Shown piece after piece: positions 1 through 8,142 of a stretch of 64,000 nt of DNA. Position numbers and translations under genes: made by a program. A model generated the notes under the pieces. The model was given only the letters and a program-made list of their open reading frames with translations. It was not told the origin of the DNA and made no database searches. This DNA comes from Pseudomonadota bacterium (lineage in GTDB: Bacteria; Bdellovibrionota; FAC87; UBA2466). The DNA lies in assembly GCA_009927165.1 (NCBI GenBank), contig RFNO01000106.1, positions 3,409 through 67,408 of the forward strand, in the 5' to 3' direction. Within the stretch, counting starts at the first letter, position 1; every line of letters begins with the position of its first letter.

Positions 1-2442
1 TTTTATTGTGAATTTTTCCGAAAGCGCTGCCCCTCCAACCAACAGTGGCAATTGAATCCCAGCTCGGCTCAGGTCCCCGGCTGTCAACACCATCTGTTGT
101 GCGGATTTTACCAGAAGCCCAGAGAGCCCTAAAATATCCGGTTGATACTGCCGAACCGCACCAATTAGTTGCTCCGGTGGGATTTTTATACCCAGATTAA
201 TCACGCGAAACCCATTATTACTTAAAATAATATCAACTAGATTCTTCCCAATGTCGTGAACATCTCCCTTCACTGTGGCCAGCAGGACAGACCCTTTCTG
301 AGCACTTTCAGTCTTTTCCATGAAAGGTTCCAAGTGATTCACGGCTGCTTTCATGACTTCAGCAGACTGTAATACTTCGGCTACGATCAACTTGTTGGCA
401 TTGAACAAGCGACCTACTTCATCCATACCCTTCATCAAGGGCCCATTGATAATCTCAAGTGGTTTATCTTGCTTCAGGGCCAAATTGAGATCTTCAACGA
501 GTCCATCTTTTGACCCTTCAATGACGTAAAGAGCGAGTCGCTCTTGAAGACTTAATGAGGGCTTGCTGGGTTTTACTGAAGCCTTTTTCTTTCGGAAAAA
601 GTTGGCAAAATTGGTAATGGGCTCTGTTCCACGGTGAAACAGCAAATCTTCAGCGAGTTGTTTTTCATCATCAGGGATACTTGCATATCTTTTTAATTTT
701 TCAGAGTTAACAATGGCCAGATCAAGACCAGCTTGAACACAAAGGTAAAGAAAAACGGAATTTAATACTTCTCGACCAGAATCTGGAAGTCCAAAACTGA
801 TATTTGAAATACCCAAAATAGTTTTTGTTTTTGGAAAGTGTTTTTTGAGAAGCTTTATTCCTTCGATTGTTTCTATCGCAGATCCTAGATATTGTTGATC
901 GCCAGTTGCACAAGGAAACACCAAAGGGTCCCAAAAAATATCTTCCGGCTTTATGCCATGTTTATTAGTCAGTAAGTCAAAGGCTCGTACTGCTATTGCT
1001 AACTTTCGTTGTCTAGTGATTCCCATTCCTTGAATTGGGTCTTCATCGATGGTTCCTACTACAACAGCTGCGCCAAACTTTTTTGCGAGGGGTAGTACTT
1101 TTTCAAACCTTTCCTCTCCATCCTCAAGATTAATGGAGTTAATGATGGACTTTCCTTGGCAATAAGACAGTGCTGATTCAATTACTTGTTCATCAGTTGA
1201 ATCAATCATGAGGGGAGCTTTAATTTTTTTAATAAGAAACCCCAGAAAACTACTCATGTCAGATAATTCATCTCGATCTGGATTGGCTAAACACACATCG
1301 ATAATGTGGGCCCCTCCTTTGATTTGTTGGCGCGCGATATCCGAAGCTTCGTCAAAGCGATTCTCGAGAATAAGGTTTTTAAACTTTTTACTTCCAATCA
1401 CGTTGGTTCGTTCCCCAACGATTACAGGCCGTTCTTGTTCGTTGATTTCAAGAAAATCTAGCCCGGAAACCATTGAACGAGGATTTATTTTGGGTTTTCT
1501 GGGGGACTTGCCTGTGACTATTTTAGAAAGAGCAGCAATATGAGAAGCCTCGGTTCCACAACAACCACCGACTAAATTAATCCATCCATTTGAGATAAAA
1601 CCGGACAGAGTTCGGGATAACATTTCAGGAGTCTCAAGATAGTATCCATTTTCATCGGGTAATCCTGCATTAGGGACGCAAGCGACCGGAAAAGGAGACA
1701 TCATTGAAAGAGAACGGATTGAGTCTGTCATGAACTCAGGCCCAGTAGCGCAATTAAGGCCCAAATAAAGAAGATCTCGATGAGAAACAGAGACAGTGAG
1801 GGCTTCTATACTTTGACCAGCCAGCATCGTCCCCATGGCTTCGATAGTAATAGACAGTGCAATAGGGATTTGCTTGTTTGTTTCTTTTAAGACTCGGTCA
1901 ATTCCAAAAAGTGCTGCTTTGATATTTCGGGTATCCTGACAGGTCTCTAAAAGAAAATAGTCCACCCCTCCTTCAAGTAATCCCTTCGCTTGCCGATAAA
2001 AGTGACTAATTAGTTCGTGAAAAAGAATTCCCCCAGTAACTGAGATCGCTTTCGTTGTTGGTCCCATGGCGCCAGCAACAAATCGAGGTTTATTGGGTAG
2101 ACAATGTTTATCGGCACAACGTCTTGCGATTTGAGCTGCTTCGTAATTAATCAATTCTGTTTGATGACCTAATCCATATTCCTCTAAAACAAGGGGAGTT
2201 GCGCCAAAAGTATTGGTCTCTAAAATGTCAGCTCCGGCTTTCAGATAGTCTTCATAGATGGAAGAAATGATTGCGGGTTTTGAGATCACCAACTGTTCAT
2301 TGCAACCTTCGAATTGAGTTCCACCAAAGTCACGAGCTGATAAATGGAGCTTTTGGATGCTTGTTCCCATGGCTCCATCCAAAACCAAAATGCGTTCATG
2401 GAGTGAATGTTTGAGGATTTCGATGCGCTCGAGAGATATCAC
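1..2442 (-). CDS. metH: B12-dependent methionine synthase MetH, N-terminal ~814 aa (Hcy-binding, pterin-binding and B12-binding domains); C-terminus lies beyond the window start
   Basis: Reverse-strand translation starts VISLERIEILKHSLHERILVLDGAMGT from GTG at 2440-2442. It contains the DVHDIGKN B12-binding motif and a Hcy S-methyltransferase-like N-terminus. The ORF runs off the window edge, so it is absent from the ORF track. Confidence 0.88.
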   Translation of the reverse strand, partial: MISLERIEILKHSLHERILVLDGAMGTSIQKLHLSARDFGGTQFEGCNEQLVISKPAIISSIYEDYLKAGADILETNTFGATPLVLEEYGLGHQTELINYEAAQIARRCADKHCLPNKPRFVAGAMGPTTKAISVTGGILFHELISHFYRQAKGLLEGGVDYFLLETCQDTRNIKAALFGIDRVLKETNKQIPIALSITIEAMGTMLAGQSIEALTVSVSHRDLLYLGLNCATGPEFMTDSIRSLSMMSPFPVACVPNAGLPDENGYYLETPEMLSRTLSGFISNGWINLVGGCCGTEASHIAALSKIVTGKSPRKPKINPRSMVSGLDFLEINEQERPVIVGERTNVIGSKKFKNLILENRFDEASDIARQQIKGGAHIIDVCLANPDRDELSDMSSFLGFLIKKIKAPLMIDSTDEQVIESALSYCQGKSIINSINLEDGEERFEKVLPLAKKFGAAVVVGTIDEDPIQGMGITRQRKLAIAVRAFDLLTNKHGIKPEDIFWDPLVFPCATGDQQYLGSAIETIEGIKLLKKHFPKTKTILGISNISFGLPDSGREVLNSVFLYLCVQAGLDLAIVNSEKLKRYASIPDDEKQLAEDLLFHRGTEPITNFANFFRKKKASVKPSKPSLSLQERLALYVIEGSKDGLVEDLNLALKQDKPLEIINGPLMKGMDEVGRLFNANKLIVAEVLQSAEVMKAAVNHLEPFMEKTESAQKGSVLLATVKGDVHDIGKNLVDIILSNNGFRVINLGIKIPPEQLIGAVRQYQPDILGLSGLLVKSAQQMVLTAGDLSRAGIQLPLLVGGAALSEKFTIK

Positions 2443-2487
2443 TTTTATCTTTTATCATAGCAGAACTAGCATGTTAAATAATATCAG

Positions 2488-4167
2488 TTACTTAACTTTT
2501 GAGCGTACGGGGGGAGCAGAAGGAAGAAATTTCAGATGAGGATATTTTCCAGATGCCCAATTCATGCTCCAATCTGATTTAAAGAGAATGACTGGTATCC
2601 CATCTCGATCCTCAGCGACCAGACAGTCGGCATAAGCACGAAATTCCGAAATTTCTTTCGAGATATCTTTTCCATCTTCTGTGGGACAGACCCAGCGAGC
2701 TCGTGAAAAACCCATCCGGTCTATTTTCATATCAACGGAGTATTCAGTTTTAATTCGGTGTTGCAATACTTCAAATTGAAGTGCTCCAACTACCCCCAAA
2801 ATAGGATGCGCATCCCCTTGAGTGGACGATTTAAATATTTGAACCACTCCCTCTTCGGAGAGTTGTTCCAATCCTTTTTTGAGCTGTTTTCGTTTAAGCG
2901 GATCTGCGAGCGACACAGTTGCAAAGTTTTCAGGGGAAAATCGGGGGACTCCTTCATATTCAAAAGTGGAGCGCTCACAAAGGGTATCGCCGATTCGAAA
3001 ATCTCCAGAAGTATCCAAAAATCCAACAATATCTCCAGGCCAAGCTTCCTCAATCAAATGTCTTTCTTGGGCAAAAAAATGAAAAGCTTTGTTGAGTTTA
3101 AACGGTTTCTCAAGTCGAGCATGGGTGGCATCCATGCCTCGCTGAAACTTGCCGGAGCAAACCCTAAAAAATGCAACCCGATCTCGGTGTTGAGGATCGA
3201 TATTGGCTTGAATCTTAAAAAAAACGCCAGAGAAATCAGTGGTAAGTGGGTTAATGAGACCTTGATTAGAAATGCGGCCCGTAGGTGGGGGGGCCATCGA
3301 CAAAAAATTATCCAAAAAGTGTTGAACCCCAAAGTTGTTCATGGCGCTTCCGAAGAAGACAGGAGTGAGTTCTCCTCTCAAAACCCTTTCAGAATCATAG
3401 GGATCGCCCGCGATTTCCAACAATTCGAGTTGCGATCGCACTTCCTCTTGGAGTTCTTTTAAATCTTGTTCCTGGTCCGGAGTGGGCTCCAGCGCTTTAA
3501 CAAGATCTGCTTTCGCGATATTGCCAACTTTAAGGGTCGGAATTTGCTTCGAGGCATGAGCTTTGTCTTCAGCCTGGAATAAAAGTACTTCTTCCCGAAT
3601 GCGGTCATAAACGCCTTTAAATCGGTCGCCCATTCCAATGGGCCAACTAATGGGTGAGGAACGGATGCCTAACACTTTTTCTAACTCATCAATGAGTTCA
3701 AGAGGATCACGTGCGGGACGATCCATCTTGTTGATAAATGTAAATATCGGTAGGCCTCTCATGCGGCAGACTTCAAATAGTTTGAGTGTTTGGGGCTCAA
3801 CCCCTTTTGCGGCATCTATCAACATGACTGCAGCATCCGCTGCTACCAGGGTGCGATAAGTGTCTTCGGAGAAATCTTTATGACCCGGAGTATCGAGAAG
3901 ATTAATTTGATAGTCTGCATACTCAAAGCGAAGCACAGTTGTGCTGATGGAAATACCTCTCTGTTTCTCAATTTCCATCCAATCCGATGTGGTTTTTCTT
4001 TGATTTGATTTTGCTTTCACAGCACCGGCTAAATGAATAGCTCCCCCATAGAGAAGGAGTTTCTCGGTCAATGTTGTTTTTCCTGCGTCCGGATGGGAAA
4101 TAATTGCAAACGTCCGTCGCCGTTTTACTTCTTTTTCAATGGTTTTTTCAGTGAGACTAGAACTCAT
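2488..4167 (-). CDS. prfC: peptide chain release factor 3 (GTPase)
   Basis: 559 aa with FAIISHPDAGKTTLTEKLL G1 motif, DTPGH, NKMD; length and N-terminus are typical of RF3. Confidence 0.9.
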   Translation of the reverse strand: MSSSLTEKTIEKEVKRRRTFAIISHPDAGKTTLTEKLLLYGGAIHLAGAVKAKSNQRKTTSDWMEIEKQRGISISTTVLRFEYADYQINLLDTPGHKDFSEDTYRTLVAADAAVMLIDAAKGVEPQTLKLFEVCRMRGLPIFTFINKMDRPARDPLELIDELEKVLGIRSSPISWPIGMGDRFKGVYDRIREEVLLFQAEDKAHASKQIPTLKVGNIAKADLVKALEPTPDQEQDLKELQEEVRSQLELLEIAGDPYDSERVLRGELTPVFFGSAMNNFGVQHFLDNFLSMAPPPTGRISNQGLINPLTTDFSGVFFKIQANIDPQHRDRVAFFRVCSGKFQRGMDATHARLEKPFKLNKAFHFFAQERHLIEEAWPGDIVGFLDTSGDFRIGDTLCERSTFEYEGVPRFSPENFATVSLADPLKRKQLKKGLEQLSEEGVVQIFKSSTQGDAHPILGVVGALQFEVLQHRIKTEYSVDMKIDRMGFSRARWVCPTEDGKDISKEISEFRAYADCLVAEDRDGIPVILFKSDWSMNWASGKYPHLKFLPSAPPVRSKVK

Positions 4168-4170
4168 GGG

Positions 4171-4908
4171 TTAACGAATATAAGTCGATAAAAAATTTCT
4201 TACCGAAGGCTGTGAGAAATCAACAAATTGAGACATCTGTCGTGAGCCCTCATTGTAAGCACCGTGACTGACTCCAATGACCATAAAGAGTTCTCCCACT
4301 TTTTTAAGGAGTGGTCCACCAGAATCACCAAAACAAGCACCAGCTCGATTTTCCGGTCCAGCAATCTGCTTAATTTGGATACCGGGCGTGGCTACTTCCA
4401 AAAACTCAGAGCGCTCGGCAATGATGTTGCTCCCCAAGCGTTTTATTCCCCCGCTGGCGGGAATCTCTGAAGAACTACAACCAAAACCAACAAGAGTGAC
4501 CGCATCACCAACAGATGCTCCACTAGCTACTGGAATAATTTCTTGTGGTGAGGCCACAGGAGAAGGCAAGTAGAGAAGAGCGACATCAAAGGGATCGCCT
4601 TCGGCGCCTGAACCCAACGTTACTTTTTGCGTGGTTTGAATGGGACCTCTTGTTGTGTGAACCGTAAACGGACCTGCGTCCAAGAGACAGTGCGCAGCGG
4701 TTAGAATCGTAGAAGGACTTACAAAGGTTCCTGTGCATAATTTCTGTCCCGTAATCATGACAATGCCAGGAAAACTTTGAGTGGCCATCGCTGTTCTCGA
4801 AGAGGGACGAGGCAGCTCAGCTTCAGAGAGACTTTTTCCACAACCGGATAAAATAAAAAGACTCGTGATGAGACAAAGAGTAACCCTAAGAATTTGTTTC
4901 ATTCCCAC
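4171..4908 (-). CDS. secreted S1 (trypsin-like) serine protease, lipoprotein signal
   Basis: LSGCG lipobox, TAAHC His motif, GDSGGP Ser motif; paralog of the ORF at 61675-62460. Confidence 0.85.
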   Translation of the reverse strand: MGMKQILRVTLCLITSLFILSGCGKSLSEAELPRPSSRTAMATQSFPGIVMITGQKLCTGTFVSPSTILTAAHCLLDAGPFTVHTTRGPIQTTQKVTLGSGAEGDPFDVALLYLPSPVASPQEIIPVASGASVGDAVTLVGFGCSSSEIPASGGIKRLGSNIIAERSEFLEVATPGIQIKQIAGPENRAGACFGDSGGPLLKKVGELFMVIGVSHGAYNEGSRQMSQFVDFSQPSVRNFLSTYIR

Positions 4909-5094
4909 CCCTGGATACCCTGAACGTTTTGGAAAGCTGAGACCTTGTACAGGAAATCAAAATTATCAACAAGACGCAAAGTTCGTCACCGCCAGTAAGT
5001 TATTGAAAAAGCTAGTTAATTTTCTCTCTCATAATTCTGTCACAATCCTTTGCTAATCTGCAATTAAGTGGAACGTAACAGGAGGTAGGACATG

Positions 5095-5375
5095 TCATTT
5101 ACTCCCGAGTAGGGAACTACAAAAACAATTTGGGCTGACTTCGAGAGCCGGTGGGCGGCTACTCCCATTGGGAGGTGCCCCAGGGGCATAGGTAAGTCCC
5201 TTGCGGCTCGGAAGGCAGAGGCTTTAGGGGCCCCCAGCGGGGCTTGGTGAAAGCGTGAGTTGCCGCCGGTTGTAGGGCGCTGAGCTTGTTTGGTTCCCGC
5301 AGCCGAGCTGACAATTTTTAAGGCCGGGGTTCGCGAAGACTATCGTGGACCTCGGTTTTTCTTTTTAACAAGCCT
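5095..5375 (+). ncRNA. unclassified GC-rich structured noncoding region (candidate structured RNA or 5' leader)
   Basis: About 280 nt at roughly 60% GC in a ~45% GC context, with no ORF of 60 aa or more on either strand. Several local hairpins are visible (CTCCC-ATT-GGGAG, GCCCC-CAGC-GGGGC) plus a possible long-range helix (CCGGTGGGCGGC with GCCGCCGG). It ends in a + strand intrinsic terminator. Confidence 0.35.
5324..5366 (+). terminator. rho-independent terminator-like hairpin plus T-tract
   Basis: CCGGGG...CCTCGG stem (one G-U pair) around a loop containing the TTCGCGAA palindrome, followed by TTTTTCTTTTT. Confidence 0.5.
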
Positions 5376-5437
5376 TACCGACTTGCAGACCATGGATGAG
5401 TGTGTTTTTCTGAAACTTGCTAGGGAGGAATCTTTAT

Positions 5438-6016
5438 ATGGCTCGCACTCCATCAATCATGTTGGATTTAGGGACCGAGGCCCCAAATTTTTCTTTGCCG
5501 GACACTGAGGGTTCGCTTTTTCGTTTGGAAAGTGTCAAAGGTAAGCAACCTTTCTTGGTGCTTTTTATATGCAACCATTGCCCGTACGTGAAACATATTC
5601 GTAAGGAATTGGCTGCTCTTGGAAACGAATATCAAATGAAAGGAATTGCGATCATTGCGATTAATTCCAATGATTTTTTGAGTTACCCTGAGGACAGCCC
5701 TGAAAACATGGTTCAGGAAAAAAAAGAAATCGGTTATTTGTTCCCCTATCTCATAGACGAGAGTCAGGAAGTTGCCAAAAATTATCGAGCAGCTTGTACT
5801 CCCGATTTTTTTCTTTTCGATCGTCAAGGAAAACTCTTTTACCGCGGTCAATTCGATGACAGCCGTCCAGGCAACGGGATTTCGGTGACTGGAAGAGATA
5901 TTCGAAGTGCCATGGAACTGGTGTTGAAAAATGGAAAGTCACCCCTGGAACAAAAACCTAGTTTGGGGTGCAACATCAAGTGGAAAACAGGAAATGCCCC
6001 TTCCTATTTTGTGTGA
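5438..6016 (+). CDS. thioredoxin-fold protein (TlpA/AhpC-TSA-like, CxxC)
   Basis: FICNHCPYV redox motif and thioredoxin-like layout. ATG at 5438 has a GGGAGG RBS 9 nt upstream; the track start at 5417 is TTG with no RBS. Confidence 0.65.
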   Translation: MARTPSIMLDLGTEAPNFSLPDTEGSLFRLESVKGKQPFLVLFICNHCPYVKHIRKELAALGNEYQMKGIAIIAINSNDFLSYPEDSPENMVQEKKEIGYLFPYLIDESQEVAKNYRAACTPDFFLFDRQGKLFYRGQFDDSRPGNGISVTGRDIRSAMELVLKNGKSPLEQKPSLGCNIKWKTGNAPSYFV

Positions 6017-6029
6017 AAGGAATTAACGC

Positions 6030-6437
6030 TTGGAAGATTGGAAGAAAAAACCAGATTCATTTTGGAAAGAGAAGCTTTCCTCGGAGCAATATGCCGTTTG
6101 CCGAAATGCTGCGACCGAAAGGCCTTATACGGGAAAGTTTTACCACCACCAAGAGGAGGGCACTTACCACTGCGCTGGATGTGAATTGGCTTTGTTTCGC
6201 TCAGAAGAAAAGTACGAGTCGGGAAGTGGATGGCCAAGTTATTGGGCCCCCTACAATGAGTCCTGTTTGGAGTACAAAAACGATCTCTCACATTCTATGG
6301 TGCGAATAGAAATCGTGTGCAGTAGATGTTCCTCGCATTTGGGGCACGTCTTTGATGACGGCCCAGCTCCGACTCATAAAAGATTCTGCGTAAATTCCGC
6401 AGCTTTATCGTTTGTTCCCAAAGCTACCAATAAATGA
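6030..6437 (+). CDS. msrB: peptide-methionine (R)-S-oxide reductase MsrB
   Basis: 135 aa with CAGC and CSRC zinc-knuckle pairs and the GHVFDDGP catalytic region (SelR family). Confidence 0.9.
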   Translation: MEDWKKKPDSFWKEKLSSEQYAVCRNAATERPYTGKFYHHQEEGTYHCAGCELALFRSEEKYESGSGWPSYWAPYNESCLEYKNDLSHSMVRIEIVCSRCSSHLGHVFDDGPAPTHKRFCVNSAALSFVPKATNK

Positions 6438-8016
6438 CTTCGTAAGTTCTGCAGGTTGCAGTCCTTCCGGCTGAATCTCGAAGTCTTGCAGTAACTTGCC
6501 AATTTCCGGGATAGGTAAAGTAAACCCATCGATTGATGGGCGTAGAAGCTCCCGTTGAATAGGCGGACAGAGAATTGTCGTCAGCGAAACCGCTAGCATA
6601 GTCTGCCGTTAAACTCTCAAGCCAATAGGTTCCTTGCGCTCCCGATGGGGTGACAGTCGCCAAAATCCATCGATCAGTATAAGTCGGATTGGGGGTCAAA
6701 CTGAGTGTACATGAGAACTGGCTCGAGGAAGAAGCGATGTTGATTGTCGTTTCTAAGTAGGCACCGGAGTTACAGAGAGCTCCCGAGCTTGCTGACCGAG
6801 CTTTTGCCGTGACTGTCTTAGTACCCGATGAATAGAAACTAATGTATGGATACTGGGACAGTGTTCCTACTAAGTAGCCATCTAAAATATTGAGTTCGGT
6901 AACAATCAAGGCTTCGCCTGAAGTTGCTAAAATACTAAACGGTACATTGTCTCCCACTTTATAAGGGGTCACGCTGGCTGCATAACTGATTGAGCAGTTT
7001 AAAGTACTGGGATTAGCAGTAAAAGTGACCGGAAGTGAACTGGTGGCCGATTGAGTTCCATTGCTAGCGGTCACGGTAACAGTGCCGGTTCGAGTGACCG
7101 ACGCATCTATTGCTGTAACCGTTGCTGTTGAACCTGAAGAGACGAGGTTTAAGCCTGCGCCCGAGATGGAATAAACGTAACTTGGAGTAAAAGTGAAGTT
7201 ATTCGCTGTCGATGTAATGGTAATCGTGCTAGTTGCTGGAACTGTTGAAGAAGGACTTGCAGTTAAAGTAACGGATGGTCCGCTCTGAACATTAACTGTT
7301 TTTGCACAAGTGGCTGAGTTGCCTGAACTGTCAGAGATATAAAAAACTGCAGTGTTTAGGCCTGCAGTGGGATATTGGGCTGAAGCCGTAGCTTGAGTAG
7401 TTGAAATTTGGTTGAGAGAAGAGGTCACTGTACCGTTCCCGCCTTGTACAAATCCTGTGAAATAGTAAGGAGAAGACCCTCCTGAAGCGGTAGCGGTGTA
7501 AGTCACGCTTGCTCCAATTGCCGGATTTTCGTTCGAAGCTGCAACAGAGCAGCTGAGGGGATTGGTGGTAGCGACGGGACTTACGGTGACTGCCAATTGG
7601 CATGTCGTCGAACCTCCCGAAGCATCGCTCACTGTAAAGTTCGTTGTTGTAATTTGGCTACTAGATCCCGAAATCTGAAGCGTTTGAGGAACTGTGTAAG
7701 TAGTTAAAAAAGTGCCAGAGACTCCAGAAAGCGAGTAAGGTCCCACTCCGCCGACTACTTGAATAGTTACCGGGAAGCTTTGTCCAGATACTACCGAATT
7801 TAAAGAAGTGGATGCCGCACAGGTCAGTGAAGTTGAAGTCACGGTACCAGGTCCAACCGTCAATCGGATGGGATCGGTTGTAATGTTACATCCGGCTACT
7901 GAAAACAGAGTGAGCGCAGCCAAAACAACTTTAAAGCTCTTGAAAAATCTCATGGAACACAACCTCCAAAAAAAAACGGTAGCACCCAATGGGAGCGTTC
8001 CTCCGAGGAGCTGCAA
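6424..8016 (-). CDS. Ser/Thr-rich lipoprotein with tandem Ig-like (He_PIG-type) repeats
   Basis: FSVAGC lipobox; repeated about 90-aa units carrying GG.GPY/SPYYF motifs, each with a Cys. Start may be the internal Met at 7953. Confidence 0.55.
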   Translation of the reverse strand: MQLLGGTLPLGATVFFWRLCSMRFFKSFKVVLAALTLFSVAGCNITTDPIRLTVGPGTVTSTSLTCAASTSLNSVVSGQSFPVTIQVVGGVGPYSLSGVSGTFLTTYTVPQTLQISGSSSQITTTNFTVSDASGGSTTCQLAVTVSPVATTNPLSCSVAASNENPAIGASVTYTATASGGSSPYYFTGFVQGGNGTVTSSLNQISTTQATASAQYPTAGLNTAVFYISDSSGNSATCAKTVNVQSGPSVTLTASPSSTVPATSTITITSTANNFTFTPSYVYSISGAGLNLVSSGSTATVTAIDASVTRTGTVTVTASNGTQSATSSLPVTFTANPSTLNCSISYAASVTPYKVGDNVPFSILATSGEALIVTELNILDGYLVGTLSQYPYISFYSSGTKTVTAKARSASSGALCNSGAYLETTINIASSSSQFSCTLSLTPNPTYTDRWILATVTPSGAQGTYWLESLTADYASGFADDNSLSAYSTGASTPINRWVYFTYPGNWQVTARLRDSAGRTATCRTYEVIYW

Positions 8017-8142
8017 GTTAGAGGCCTAATTACGTTTTTGTTGAGGCAAACCGTAAATAGAAAAAAAAAGAAAAGTTAACTTGTATTCGATGAGTTACCG
8101 AATACTTGGAGAACACGTTTAAGTTCTTGTCATTTGAGTGCC

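Noticed and set aside
1208-1543. Plus-strand ORF (111 aa) and other short ORFs between 722 and 2539
   Set aside because: They lie antisense inside the metH coding region, whose reverse-strand translation shows unmistakable MetH motifs.
2758-3462. 234-aa plus-strand ORF and several 60-100-aa ORFs inside 2488-4167
   Set aside because: They are antisense to prfC, low-complexity, and have no start context.
5003-5035. Sigma70-like promoter (TTGAAA ... CATAAT) for the GC-rich RNA
   Set aside because: The spacer is about 21 nt, too long for a confident -35/-10 pair.
5095-5375. Possible identity of the GC-rich region as RNase P RNA, tmRNA, cobalamin or TPP riboswitch, or ykkC
   Set aside because: There is no GGAAAGTCCGGGC (CR-I) or ACAGAA.CCGGCTTA (CR-IV) on either strand, and the GGTGAAA segment lies about 60 nt from GGTAAG instead of adjacent. 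There is no GGTTCGA.TCC T-arm or ...CCACCA 3' end, no GCCACTG B12 box, and no GCTGAGA/GAACCTGATC THI core. The GGUCCGAGAG-like and SRP-like GGAAGGCAG matches are too loose to call. It is left unclassified.
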